This document shows positions 28,535 to 38,927 of a stretch of 64,000 nt of DNA, piece by piece. The notes beneath the pieces were generated by a model, which ran no database searches, was not told the origin of the DNA, and worked only from the letters and a program-made list of their open reading frames with translations. This DNA comes from a virus. Within the stretch, counting starts at the first letter, position 1. Each line of letters begins with the position of its first letter. Where the stretch lies: positions 39,845-103,844 of the IMG/VR virus record IMGVR_UViG_3300034198_017889; one strand, 5' to 3'. A program made the translations under genes and the position numbers.

Positions 28535-29818
28535 CTACTCAGAAACTATAGGTACTTGAGAGGAGGTTAGTTGAATCATACTCAATAGTTGGCGAACATA
28601 CTTTTCATTTATGAAAGGTATGCCCATACCCAGAGTCATGAACTGATTACGAATGCCTTTGGCGAAGAGGTGGCAGCTGCTAAAGAACTTGTCGTTCATC
28701 TCAAATGGCACCACGCTGTTTCCGTGATGAATTAATCCACACCAGTAGAATACCTCTTCGTCATCCTCTTTTCTTTTAGATATACTGCTTATCTCTAGTG
28801 AGAAATTTGTAAGCTGCTCTTCTTCATCTTTCTTTACAACAAAGTATGATGTACCTCGCCGCACAAACGTTTTACCCTGTACTGTGAATTGTTGTTCTTT
28901 TGAGGATAACCACGGAGTAACCAGGTCTTCACCACTCTTTAATTGTAGTTCCTGTACCTGGGAATACGAAAGACTAGCCACGTGGTGTCTTAGATTATCG
29001 GTTCCCTCTTTTCTAATTAGTAAATCCATAGGATCAGTCTCAAACAAAGAGTGCCTAGAATCGCTCCATATCTGGATTAATTGGGATGGATCTATCTTAT
29101 CAGAAAGAGTTAATCCTCTCCTACCCCAGTGGTCTGCTTTGTAGTTCCACGTAAATCCTGTTTTTACTTTAAGCTCGTTAAAATCCGCTAAAATTTCGCC
29201 ACCAAGCTTTCCATACCAACCCATCTCACCATTCATATATAGTTTCTCTCGATCGTTAGGAGTTTGAAATTTAGCTAGCTCAAAGGAGCATATATGCTTG
29301 GGTGATACAAATGATGGAACCACCAGTACTTTTTTGTATTTGTGTTTGGCTCCAAGGTTAAGCTTAGGAAAAGCTTTAACCACGTTCTCAGTAAGGTAAC
29401 CTATCTCATTCTCTAGAAAGTTAGGCATACCTGCAGATATCAAGATATCCTTAAAATACATCACCTGGTCCCCATGACGGGCCCTGTGATTCTTGACTTC
29501 CTCCTTAGATAGTAACCAGGCACTCTGATACTGCATATGAAGATATAAGTTGCTCCATAACTTCTTCTGGGCGTATTCTGACCTAGGTAGCTTGAAGTCT
29601 AAACAGTCCTCAAAGTTATCCAGGATGGTAGTATATAACGTGGGCCAGTCCTTAGGCTCAAAAAAATCGTACAGGTTTCCTACAAAATCACTTGTTTTAG
29701 ACCTTGCGAACCACCCAAATATTGGTATTCTTACAAAATCAAATTCATTAGTATTTAATCCTAGCTTGGCCAACAGTCTTGGGAGGTTAATTTTACTATT
29801 GAGATCGTTAGTATTCAT
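28535..29818 (-). CDS. Hypothetical protein (427 aa)
   Basis: Long reverse-strand ORF; likely start MNTNDL at 29818. Confidence 0.7.
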   Translation of the reverse strand: MNTNDLNSKINLPRLLAKLGLNTNEFDFVRIPIFGWFARSKTSDFVGNLYDFFEPKDWPTLYTTILDNFEDCLDFKLPRSEYAQKKLWSNLYLHMQYQSAWLLSKEEVKNHRARHGDQVMYFKDILISAGMPNFLENEIGYLTENVVKAFPKLNLGAKHKYKKVLVVPSFVSPKHICSFELAKFQTPNDREKLYMNGEMGWYGKLGGEILADFNELKVKTGFTWNYKADHWGRRGLTLSDKIDPSQLIQIWSDSRHSLFETDPMDLLIRKEGTDNLRHHVASLSYSQVQELQLKSGEDLVTPWLSSKEQQFTVQGKTFVRRGTSYFVVKKDEEEQLTNFSLEISSISKRKEDDEEVFYWCGLIHHGNSVVPFEMNDKFFSSCHLFAKGIRNQFMTLGMGIPFINEKYVRQLLSMIQLTSSQVPIVSE

Positions 29819-29840
29819 GTTAAAATAAAGTATAAAAATT

Positions 29841-30893
29841 ATGAGTTCATTCAACCTAGACCAAAGCACAGACTATTCCAACAAGGAACTTTATACACTT
29901 CTAAGAGGTGTGGATATTCCTGAGTACGTAAAGACTGCAGAAGTAGATGATTACGACGCACTTGCAGGCCTCCCGAAAGAGGCATTCGCTGATGAGAATC
30001 GTAGAATTTATCCATTGAATAGTCCTGCTCGTACATATGTTTCAAATGCTTACTTCAGTAGCAAAAAGGCTGATATACAGAAGCTATATGGTGAGAGCTA
30101 TACTAGTCAACTAGAAAAAAAGATTAAGGAGGCTGCTGAGATCTTCAACATTGAGGGAGACCTAGAAAGTTTCTCAACTGGTCACGAGAAGAAAGCTAGC
30201 GAGGATTACACTGAAACGCATCTGGGCACATTCCAGATGGAAGGTTTGGGTGATCTTAACCTTTACCCAGTAAAGACAGCCCACGACCTCACAGAGAGCG
30301 CAGATCACTTTGTGGCTAACCTACAGAACTATCCTTTTGCCTGGCGCCAGAAGATTGCATCAAACATCGTTAAGGTGGCCGCTGATTTAGAGGTTGATGA
30401 GATTCCTGATATGGTTCTCAAATATGCTGGTTATTTCTACCCAGACTTCGCTGGTCTTAAGACAGAAGTATGGAGAAGAGGAACAAAACTTAAAGAGGCC
30501 TCCCACAAGGAGATCTATGAGAAGCTTGCAGCAGACATTGAAAATATAGGCTCTGTAGAAGAGGTTATGAAGTTAGCAGAGACTCTTTCTAACATTGAAA
30601 ACATGGAAGGTCTCTATGACAACGTTAAGATTGCTGGTATCCTGGGTGATCCTGTGGATAAAATCTTCACAAAGAACATCACCAAAGTAGCCGAAGACCT
30701 TAGTTTGGTAGAGGCCCATGGAGATATGTACAAGATCTCTGATCTACAGAAAGTTGGAAAGGATAAGTATGAGGAAGCATTCGGCTTTGATCTGGATCCA
30801 TCTGATTCAACAAAGCTAGCTGAAATCTTCCCCACAATGCCGAGATCAGACATCAAACTATTCGAGGAGATCTCGGGAGTTCGCCCTGTCTGA
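29841..30893 (+). CDS. KxA-motif-rich protein, putative head/internal virion protein
   Basis: 15 K-x-A motifs in 350 aa; acidic; own terminator. Function is inferred. Confidence 0.55.
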   Translation: MSSFNLDQSTDYSNKELYTLLRGVDIPEYVKTAEVDDYDALAGLPKEAFADENRRIYPLNSPARTYVSNAYFSSKKADIQKLYGESYTSQLEKKIKEAAEIFNIEGDLESFSTGHEKKASEDYTETHLGTFQMEGLGDLNLYPVKTAHDLTESADHFVANLQNYPFAWRQKIASNIVKVAADLEVDEIPDMVLKYAGYFYPDFAGLKTEVWRRGTKLKEASHKEIYEKLAADIENIGSVEEVMKLAETLSNIENMEGLYDNVKIAGILGDPVDKIFTKNITKVAEDLSLVEAHGDMYKISDLQKVGKDKYEEAFGFDLDPSDSTKLAEIFPTMPRSDIKLFEEISGVRPV

Positions 30894-30915
30894 TATAACT
30901 AAAATATAAATCATT

Positions 30916-30949
30916 AGCCCCACGTCTTTAATTAGGCGTGGGGTTTTTT
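30916..30949 (+). terminator. Intrinsic terminator
   Basis: AGCCCCACGTCT/AGGCGTGGGGTT stem followed by T-run. Confidence 0.85.
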
Positions 30950-30963
30950 ATTACCCATGATAA

Positions 30964-31155
30964 ATGAAATACGAAGTAAAAATCAAAGAGGTGTATCAGA
31001 CTACTGTGATAGTAGACGCAGATGCCCCCTGGGATGCTAAGGATAAGGCTAAGGAGCTAATAATGACTGGAATGTATCCAGATGGAACACCACTTCCAGA
31101 AGCAACATACGACCACACAATGGATCCCGTGGATTGGGGATTCTGGGAAGCCTAA
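30964..31155 (+). CDS. DpnD/PcfM-like small protein
   Basis: MKYEVKIKEV...TVIVDAD...DAKDKA pattern. Confidence 0.55.
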   Translation: MKYEVKIKEVYQTTVIVDADAPWDAKDKAKELIMTGMYPDGTPLPEATYDHTMDPVDWGFWEA

Positions 31156-31168
31156 ACAAAATTAATAA

Positions 31169-31624
31169 ATGCAACCTAACACAAAAGTATATTGGGTGAA
31201 TAATCGTAACGTAAAGAGACACAACATGCCGGTTAATGTTATTGAACTCCGGGAACTCCATTCTAGTGATATACTGCGCGAATGTAGAACTCAAGGAATC
31301 AACACAGTTGTGTTCATAAATCCACTTCTGATGTACAAGTCGTACTACGAGGGCAGTTGCGATGTTTTTACGTTGAAAGATAGACCAGTAAACCCTGAAG
31401 ATTATGAACACAGAAATTGGGAACTTACTTGGAGTAAAATGAAGTTTAAGAACAAGCAAGCGATCAATGCATTAGGTGATTGTAAATCATTTGTCAGCTT
31501 CTACAGGGGTAGTATTGTGAGCCTTGATGGTAATCACCTAGAGCGCGTTATGCTGGGGTTAAGACAAGCCTTTGACGAGGGTAAGGATTACTTAGTCACC
31601 GACTATCCACCTCCAGAGGTATAA
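31169..31624 (+). CDS. Hypothetical protein
   Basis: ORF 151 aa. Confidence 0.6.
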   Translation: MQPNTKVYWVNNRNVKRHNMPVNVIELRELHSSDILRECRTQGINTVVFINPLLMYKSYYEGSCDVFTLKDRPVNPEDYEHRNWELTWSKMKFKNKQAINALGDCKSFVSFYRGSIVSLDGNHLERVMLGLRQAFDEGKDYLVTDYPPPEV

Positions 31625-31710
31625 CACCTAAAATAAATTAAGATTAAAGCTAACCACCAAACCGATTTAGCTGGAAATCCCTCTAAATATGGTGGATAGT
31701 TTAAACATTA

Positions 31711-31782
31711 CGCAGGATCGTCTAATGGTTAGGACACTGGGCTCATAACCCGGAAATCTGGGTTCGATTCCCAGTCCCGCCA
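31711..31782 (+). tRNA. tRNA-Met(CAU), initiator type
   Basis: C1 mismatched at 72; GGG/CCC in anticodon stem; CT-CAT-AA loop; CTGGG-TTCGATT-CCCAG. Confidence 0.88.
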
Positions 31783-31801
31783 ATCTTATAGAACTACTTA
31801 A

Positions 31802-32356
31802 ATGAAATTCAGCAGAGAAATATTAAAAGACCAAACAGCTCCATTAATGGCGTTAGCCTTTGTGGTTGTGGATAGTTTTGGGGTAGAAGCATTTCAGTGG
31901 GAACCTCAGTTATTAAGAAACGAGTTGGAAACTAAATTTGAATTAGATATTTCAGATCTTCAGTCAGATAAGATACAGGCAGTTATCACTGTATTGACTA
32001 CTGACATGTATGAGTCTGATATTAGAACATTCGAGGTATGTACCAGCTTGATAAATCATAACCTACAGCACTTCGAAGATTTTGAACCACTAGAAGCTGA
32101 AGAGCTGATAGTAGGTATGACTGAGGTAATGCTTTTGAAGATGGAGAAGCTTGAATACAGCCCATCTGTTAGAGCTTATGCCGGTCGTGTATTTCATGAG
32201 TATGGTTTCTGTAATGCTCCCGAGCTATTCCCCGAGGCACTAATGCCTGAGGGATATCCTGTTGAAGGAGATGATATAGATAAGAACAAGTCATTAGAAG
32301 AAATATTCAACATGAAGGTAGATAAAGTCACACAATACATGAGTAAATTAAATTAA
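31802..32356 (+). CDS. Hypothetical protein (184 aa)
   Basis: ORF; acidic, helical. Confidence 0.7.
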   Translation: MKFSREILKDQTAPLMALAFVVVDSFGVEAFQWEPQLLRNELETKFELDISDLQSDKIQAVITVLTTDMYESDIRTFEVCTSLINHNLQHFEDFEPLEAEELIVGMTEVMLLKMEKLEYSPSVRAYAGRVFHEYGFCNAPELFPEALMPEGYPVEGDDIDKNKSLEEIFNMKVDKVTQYMSKLN

Positions 32357-32358
32357 AC

Positions 32359-33486
32359 ATGATACAACAAAACACGCAAATATTTGGAAAACCAGATTCA
32401 CTAAGTCAGATTAGGGTAGAGTTCATATATAATTTAAAATACGGAACCGTACCGTCCAAGCTAGTTATCGGAGAGGACTTACTTGCTGAACCTGTACTGG
32501 ATTATATTTCCAAGTACTTCAGTAAGGAGTCCACAGAATTCTCCTACAAGAATGGAGTAATGAGTGAATCCAGTTTCTGGTTATCCACCGGAGATAAGTA
32601 TGGAGATATGATATTAGAAACAAGCGAGTCCGGGGGTGGGGCACATTACTCAGGATCAATAGATGACCCAATAATTTACAAACCCAAGCGCGGGAATGGA
32701 GATTCTCCTGAGTTGTGTGTAGTCACGGCGGTTTGCGGAAGTAACGATAAGCTAATAGCTATCTGTGATGCGCTTAAAGATTATAAGTATGTCTCTAAGT
32801 CTAAGATCTATCTCCTGGCTAACCAGTATGGCGAGATAAGCTTAAAGCCTCTGGATATACCGGAGTCTAAGTCTGATCTTAAGCTGAATTACGGAAAAAA
32901 GTTTAGTGCACTGCATGAGGAAATCATTTCCTCTCTGAATAATAAATCTTCAGGACTTTACTTGTTTTACGGTGAGCCTGGAACAGGGAAGTCGTCATAT
33001 ATCAAACATCTCCTATCCTCAATAACAGAGAGAAAGATTGTTTATATTCCGATTAACCTGATTGATCACCTAGTATCTCCTGACTTTATCCCACTCCTTA
33101 TGAGTAACAGGAATATGATTCTTGTTATCGAGGACGCTGAGAAAGCCCTGATATCCAGAGAAGAGAACACCGGTAATGCTTCTATCGTTTCAGCAATATT
33201 GAACCTCACAGACAGCTTTATCAGCAGTACCTTGAACGTGACTATTATTGCCACATTCAATACTAGAAAAGATAAACTAGATAAAGCCCTACTCCGAAAG
33301 GGTAGACTTAAGATCAGTCATGAATTTGATAAGCTTGATGTGAAAGATGCCCAGAACTTGGTAGATTCTTTGGGGTTAGACCACAAGGTCACAGAAGCAA
33401 TGACTATTGCGGATATTTATTATCTGAACGAAGACAATCACTTGGCAGAGGAAAAACCTCAACCAATAATTGGATTCGGTAGTTAA
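32359..33486 (+). CDS. AAA+ ATPase (BCS1-like)
   Basis: GEPGTGKS Walker A, ILVIEDAE Walker B, LDKALLRKGRL. Confidence 0.9.
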   Translation: MIQQNTQIFGKPDSLSQIRVEFIYNLKYGTVPSKLVIGEDLLAEPVLDYISKYFSKESTEFSYKNGVMSESSFWLSTGDKYGDMILETSESGGGAHYSGSIDDPIIYKPKRGNGDSPELCVVTAVCGSNDKLIAICDALKDYKYVSKSKIYLLANQYGEISLKPLDIPESKSDLKLNYGKKFSALHEEIISSLNNKSSGLYLFYGEPGTGKSSYIKHLLSSITERKIVYIPINLIDHLVSPDFIPLLMSNRNMILVIEDAEKALISREENTGNASIVSAILNLTDSFISSTLNVTIIATFNTRKDKLDKALLRKGRLKISHEFDKLDVKDAQNLVDSLGLDHKVTEAMTIADIYYLNEDNHLAEEKPQPIIGFGS

Positions 33487-35186
33487 TAAGTATCTCTAGA
33501 GCTACTACTTGAGCCCTGGAGACACACATCTCCAGCGGCCATGTAGCCGGAGCAAACAGCAAACAAAAGGCTGTGCATGGCATCGTCAGGTTGGTTAGGG
33601 TTGTGATTATAGAACATCTCTTGACCGTACATACCATCCTTAACCTCAACATAGATGTTAAGAAGATCTTGCATATAGTCAGACACATCCTCCCAGTTAG
33701 GAAATAAGATCTTACCAGCTTTAATCTGGCGGATCACAAGAGAAATAACATCAGAACGGTGGAGAATCCATCGGTTCTGTCTCCAGTCATAGTCTCCGTT
33801 ATCGAAGTACTGAATTACCTTACTCCTCCTGTAAGCAGCTAACTGTGAACGAGTAGGACTAGTTAATTCACATAGTTTGATGCCCCTAATGGGGTCAGGA
33901 CCAGAGTCAGCCACACAATAGGCGTTGTAGTCATTAGCCAGATCAGCAATATTTCTGATGTGTGCCTCATGATCAAAACCTCTATATATCTTAGTAAAGA
34001 AAACCTCATAAACACCATCATTACGCATGGCTCCTATAGTGCATACTGTGCGACTTTGGACCATAGAAACACCCCAATCAACACCTAAAGTATAAATACT
34101 ATATCTTCCCTTATTCTTTTCTTGGATTAGTTTCTTTCCTGTGGAATCAGTCATACGCCCTAGGACACAAACTTTACGAAGCTCTTCCTCTGTGATTGGC
34201 TTGGTTCCAAGATCGAAAGTAAGGCCAAACACCTCGTTCATTATCTTTTTCTGATCATATTTACCGCTGGTGCATTTCTCAAAAACCTCCTTCCACTCTT
34301 TCTCAGTCTCGTTAAAGAAAGGAAGAATTGGCTGAGCTAGATGATAGCCAGTCATTAGGAAGTTTGTGGGATTACCAGCAGCCCATTCACCCTCTCTGGC
34401 ATTTAAACGCTTAGAGCATTTAGAGCAACTTAAACCATGAGCCATAATCATCTTCATGGGGTCATTCCCCTCGGTAAGACTATTCCAGTGACTACAACCA
34501 CACCTCATCATCCACTCAAGCTGATTCGTGGTCTTCCATAGACTGTGAATTGTGTTAGTGGTGTCTAGTGGTGTTCCCGCGAATATCTCTCTCTTGTAGG
34601 GCGAAAGAGCCATAGTTTCCTGAATAATAGGAATCTGATCATACACCATGTCCTGAACCTCATCATAAACAATACAATCAACAGCAGGACCACGAACACG
34701 GGTTGCGTCGTCTTTAACGTATCTAAATAAGATGCTACTGCGGGTATCTCCCATAATCTTTTCAAACACATCATTCTTATCCCAACCTTTCACCAACATT
34801 TTCTTAATCTTAGGACTATCAAACCTGGGTGGAAGGTAATTACTAGAAAAATATTTAACTGTTAATTCTTGAGGCCCAATATAAAGCATCTTGTAGTAGT
34901 TCCATCTCAACATATTCAAACATACGAAGTTACTCAATAGCGTGCTCTTTAAAGTCTTACGACTGCACTTTAAAAGTAACTTCTGCGGCATATTGTCATA
35001 GATATGCTTAAGCATCGGGAAGTCAGTTAAATCCTGAAGCCGCCCCTCATTATCGAACAAATAGTTCTCGACAAAGTGAGAGGGAGGAAGTACCGAGAAA
35101 ATTAATTGTCGAGCTCGAAAGATTGACTCTTTGCTACCAACAGAGAGCAGTTTTTCTATAGTATCTTTGATATCAGTATGGGACAT
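33483..35186 (-). CDS. terL: Terminase large subunit (GpA-like)
   Basis: SRKTLKST Walker A variant, IVYDEVQD Walker B, AGTP, CxC/CxxC Zn insert, nuclease GVDWG...DDAMHS. Confidence 0.85.
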   Translation of the reverse strand: MSHTDIKDTIEKLLSVGSKESIFRARQLIFSVLPPSHFVENYLFDNEGRLQDLTDFPMLKHIYDNMPQKLLLKCSRKTLKSTLLSNFVCLNMLRWNYYKMLYIGPQELTVKYFSSNYLPPRFDSPKIKKMLVKGWDKNDVFEKIMGDTRSSILFRYVKDDATRVRGPAVDCIVYDEVQDMVYDQIPIIQETMALSPYKREIFAGTPLDTTNTIHSLWKTTNQLEWMMRCGCSHWNSLTEGNDPMKMIMAHGLSCSKCSKRLNAREGEWAAGNPTNFLMTGYHLAQPILPFFNETEKEWKEVFEKCTSGKYDQKKIMNEVFGLTFDLGTKPITEEELRKVCVLGRMTDSTGKKLIQEKNKGRYSIYTLGVDWGVSMVQSRTVCTIGAMRNDGVYEVFFTKIYRGFDHEAHIRNIADLANDYNAYCVADSGPDPIRGIKLCELTSPTRSQLAAYRRSKVIQYFDNGDYDWRQNRWILHRSDVISLVIRQIKAGKILFPNWEDVSDYMQDLLNIYVEVKDGMYGQEMFYNHNPNQPDDAMHSLLFAVCSGYMAAGDVCLQGSSSSSRDTY

Positions 35187-35527
35187 AGTTCAAACAAGAA
35201 AGTAAGCAAGAAACAACAGCAAAGCAACAACTTTGTTGATTTATATCAATTCGCCTATGAAGCTCTAGCATCGTTAGTATCTCCAGCTAAAACCAAATCA
35301 GGTAAGCGGAGAAAATGTTATCCAGTTTATAGAAACAAGTAGTGTATAATAATAATATGAGTAAAACAGCTAAACATTATAATATCCGTGAAAGAATCTG
35401 CAGGTACAAGCAGAAGATAGTACAAAAGCTAGTAGGTAAGTATTATACTGCTAGTAGTAAGTCCCAGCAACGCAAAGATTTGTCAGGAAATAAACCAGAA
35501 CAATAACCTCTCAAACACACACACACA

Positions 35528-36022
35528 TTGAAAAGAGGAAGACCAAAAAAAGCAGATAATAAAAAGAAAGAAGCTAAGTTAATTGAAGTTCCTAAAGGGG
35601 GGAGAGGTAGACCACCAAAGGTAAAACCTAAGGTTAAAGCCACTCCCACTCCGGAACCAGTTAAACGAAAGAGGGGTAGGCCACCAAAGCTGAAGACTCC
35701 GCTTCCAGCGCCGGTAGCAAAGAAAGACAAGCTAGCTGCGTTTAGAAAACCAGTTAAGGTTGAGAGAAAAGCAAAAAAAGTCAAGGAGCAGTCCTTGAAC
35801 TTATCTCCAGACGACCAGAAAATAGCAGACCATCCACTATACCTAGCGGTTAAATGGCTCATGGTTAATATGCCATCCTGTGAGGATGAGTATATCAAGA
35901 AGATGGCTAGAAAAGCAGGAACAACTCCCCTGAACATGACCATGGAGCATCTCCTGGGTTATTTCCAGATCAAAGGGAGTGACATTGGACAAACACTAAA
36001 AACACAACACAAACCAGTATAA
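35528..36022 (+). CDS. AT-hook DNA-binding protein
   Basis: KRGRPKK, GRGRPPK, KRGRPPK in a K/P-rich N-terminus; TTG start after ACACACAC leader. Confidence 0.7.
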   Translation: MKRGRPKKADNKKKEAKLIEVPKGGRGRPPKVKPKVKATPTPEPVKRKRGRPPKLKTPLPAPVAKKDKLAAFRKPVKVERKAKKVKEQSLNLSPDDQKIADHPLYLAVKWLMVNMPSCEDEYIKKMARKAGTTPLNMTMEHLLGYFQIKGSDIGQTLKTQHKPV

Positions 36023-36024
36023 CG

Positions 36025-37590
36025 ATGGACTTTATAACTAAATTCAAAAACTACTATGCCAGTGGCTATCCCAGCCTATTCATAATGACTCATGAGGAAC
36101 AGCGTGTCGTTAAAGACATCTTGAACCTTGTAGAGAACAACGAGGGAGTTACCGTTAATGAGTGGGATACTCAGAATGGCCTGATCAGGTCAAAGGATAA
36201 GTCATCACATGGAGACACCCTAGGAAATAGCACAGAGCTTCTCAAGTATCTTCAAACATACCGAGAGGAGGGAAATATTTTCATCTTGAAAGATTTCCAC
36301 CTTCACTTCGACAAAGTGATTAACATACGTCTACTCCGTAACCTTTGGAATATTCTTAAGAGAAAGGGAAACATGATTGTGTTGGTTGGTCATAAGTTTG
36401 CAATTCCTCCTGAGATGGAGAAAGAGGTGCAGCTTATTGATTACGATCTCCCAGGTGCAGAAAGCATCCAGGAGAGACTAGACTATATCATGGGCTCTGC
36501 TAATAAGGTTCGTGAAGAGAAGAAGATGGAACCCCTTAAAATATCTCCAGAAACCCTTGAGGCTTCTGTTGAGGCCGCAAAGGGAATGACATACGGTGAG
36601 ATTGAGAATGCCTTTGCTATGGCTTTTACCACTAGTAAGCAGTTCGATCAGGCGTTCGTAGCCACTGTATTCGATGAGAAGATTCAGCAACTCAAGAAAA
36701 ACGGACTGCTAACCTACATCCCATCCGACATTTCTTTTGATAATGTTGGAGGACTAAATGGTTTGAAGCGTTGGATTCGTTCACGTAAGAAAGCATACGG
36801 TCAAGATGCGAGAGACTACAAGCTACCTCTCCCAAAGGGTATCTTGCTTGCCTCTGTACCTGGTGTTGGAAAGACCCTGGTGAGTAAGTCTATCGCTAAC
36901 GAGTTCGATTGCCCTTTGTTCCAGTTTGATATGGGTTCCATATTTGACTCACACGTCGGCAATAGTGAGCGTAACATGCGCGAGGCTATCAAGGTAATTG
37001 AGAGCATTGGAAAGTGCGTTATTCTTATAGATGAGATTGAGAAGAGTCTCAGTAAGGACGCAGTATCCGGTAAAGGAGACACAGGTGTTTCTTCTCGTAT
37101 ATTTGGTACATTCCTAGGCTGGCTCAATGATCGTACTAATCCTGCGTTCATTGTGGCAACATCGAACGATCACACAATACTTCCCACGCCTCTTATTCGT
37201 AAGGGTAGGTTTGACCAGTTATTCTGGATTGACCTTCCCTCTGATGATGAGCGTCGTGAGATCTTTAATGTGGTTCTTCGTAAGTATGGAAGAGATGCAG
37301 CAAATTTCAATATTAAGAAGTTTGTAACTGAATCAGATGAGCTCACAGGTGCGGAGATTGAGGATGTCATCAAGTCATCCTTGTTCCGTGCATTTGAGCA
37401 AGGTAGAGAGATATCTGATAAAGATGTCCTGGAAGAACTCACGGAGTTTATTCCTTTTGCGCATTCGCATGAGGAAGATCTCCAAACAATGCGTAAACAG
37501 GCCCGTGGAAAACTGGTCATGTTAGACGATAAAGGCGGAACACAAACAATAGAAAGCGCTATGCGTAAGCTTAGCATAGACTTAGCATAA
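36025..37590 (+). CDS. Ycf46-like AAA ATPase
   Basis: HEEQRV, LKDFH, VGGLxxLKxW, PKGILL, PGVGKT, LIDEIEK, RKGRFD. Confidence 0.88.
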   Translation: MDFITKFKNYYASGYPSLFIMTHEEQRVVKDILNLVENNEGVTVNEWDTQNGLIRSKDKSSHGDTLGNSTELLKYLQTYREEGNIFILKDFHLHFDKVINIRLLRNLWNILKRKGNMIVLVGHKFAIPPEMEKEVQLIDYDLPGAESIQERLDYIMGSANKVREEKKMEPLKISPETLEASVEAAKGMTYGEIENAFAMAFTTSKQFDQAFVATVFDEKIQQLKKNGLLTYIPSDISFDNVGGLNGLKRWIRSRKKAYGQDARDYKLPLPKGILLASVPGVGKTLVSKSIANEFDCPLFQFDMGSIFDSHVGNSERNMREAIKVIESIGKCVILIDEIEKSLSKDAVSGKGDTGVSSRIFGTFLGWLNDRTNPAFIVATSNDHTILPTPLIRKGRFDQLFWIDLPSDDERREIFNVVLRKYGRDAANFNIKKFVTESDELTGAEIEDVIKSSLFRAFEQGREISDKDVLEELTEFIPFAHSHEEDLQTMRKQARGKLVMLDDKGGTQTIESAMRKLSIDLA

Positions 37591-37594
37591 ACAT

Positions 37595-38593
37595 ATGGAC
37601 TACAAAATAACAGACACACTACAGAAGTATTACGACAAAGTTTTCCAGGATGGTAAACTGGTTAACATGCGCATCTCTATGTGGGGCATGAGTTACAGCC
37701 TCACAGAGGATGATATCAAGATTGATAACAAGCTACCTGAGATGATTCAGTTAGGTAAGAAAATGCTTATCAAACCGGCGGTATATAACATCTTCAAGAG
37801 ACTAGAAGGAAAGGCACGTAATTATTTATACGCCAACTCCTTCCAGTTCCCTCTTGTTCCACAGGCTCACTTTGTTCCAAAGAGCAAGTACCTGGAAGTT
37901 TACGAGAAGATGAACGAGTTCAAGACTGAGTTCAACAGACTCAAGGAGGAGTTCGTTGAGAAATATCCAACCTACAAGGAGGAGGCTATTGCTTATTATG
38001 CTGAATTCGCAGATCAGCTCAATGTGGAAAGCCTGGACGCACTCTATCCGAATATTGAGGTTGTTAAGGATAAGTTCTCATTCGAGATCGTATCTTTCGA
38101 GATCAAGCTTCCCACAGAGTTCGCTGACATAGATGTTCATACTGAGGTGGCTCGTGAGCAGGCAGTTGACGAAGCTAAGGTAAAGGCTGCGGCCCAGTAC
38201 AAAACAGAGTACAAGAGCCAACTAGACACTCATATGGGTAAAATCAATGAGTTCGTAGGTGAGGTCATTGATACTCTGCGTACTAAGGTTGTGGAGCACT
38301 GCTCGGTAGTATTGAGCAAGATCAGTAAGAAGGAAGTGGTGAGTGAGAGCAGCATTAAAACGCTAATGAAGCACATCAATGAATTCCGTGATCTTAACTT
38401 TGTGGAGGATAAGACCATCGAAGCTGAGCTTGCCAAGGTTGAAAAACTTCTCAATGGTGGGAATGACTTCAAAGGTAACAAGGACGCCGTGAAAGAACTT
38501 CAGGGTGTGCTATCTAACGTAATTACAGAAGCCAAGAATATGACCGATGTGGCCAATATTTCTGGTGAGTATTTCCGTAAGCTAGAGGTATAA
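37595..38593 (+). CDS. DUF3150-like protein
   Basis: IxxW...LGxKxL...HFVP...YP...KFSF pattern; adjacent to Ycf46-like ATPase. Confidence 0.6.
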   Translation: MDYKITDTLQKYYDKVFQDGKLVNMRISMWGMSYSLTEDDIKIDNKLPEMIQLGKKMLIKPAVYNIFKRLEGKARNYLYANSFQFPLVPQAHFVPKSKYLEVYEKMNEFKTEFNRLKEEFVEKYPTYKEEAIAYYAEFADQLNVESLDALYPNIEVVKDKFSFEIVSFEIKLPTEFADIDVHTEVAREQAVDEAKVKAAAQYKTEYKSQLDTHMGKINEFVGEVIDTLRTKVVEHCSVVLSKISKKEVVSESSIKTLMKHINEFRDLNFVEDKTIEAELAKVEKLLNGGNDFKGNKDAVKELQGVLSNVITEAKNMTDVANISGEYFRKLEV

Positions 38594-38594
38594 A

Positions 38595-38927
38595 ATGAGA
38601 AAAGAAGAAGACACAATGATGAGCCTTCCTTCTTTCGATATGCTCTGGATCTCCTACTCAGGGGATCCAGAGGGTACCTTCAGTTTGATTATCCCATACT
38701 GCGAGGTAACCACGGGTGAAATCGTCAAAATCGATTCCAAAGGAATATCTATAAGTTACAATGACGGTGGTTGCGCCAATGTATCACACGTAGAGTTCAA
38801 GGGAGTAATTGAGGAAATACTAAACGAATGCGACGCCGATCAAGGATTCAAACGCAAGAAGATACGTAGACTCAGTGTACAACCAAAGAACACAGCTGAT
38901 GTAATCCAACTAATAATAACACAATGA
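38595..38927 (+). CDS. Hypothetical protein
   Basis: ORF in operon. Confidence 0.6.
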   Translation: MRKEEDTMMSLPSFDMLWISYSGDPEGTFSLIIPYCEVTTGEIVKIDSKGISISYNDGGCANVSHVEFKGVIEEILNECDADQGFKRKKIRRLSVQPKNTADVIQLIITQ

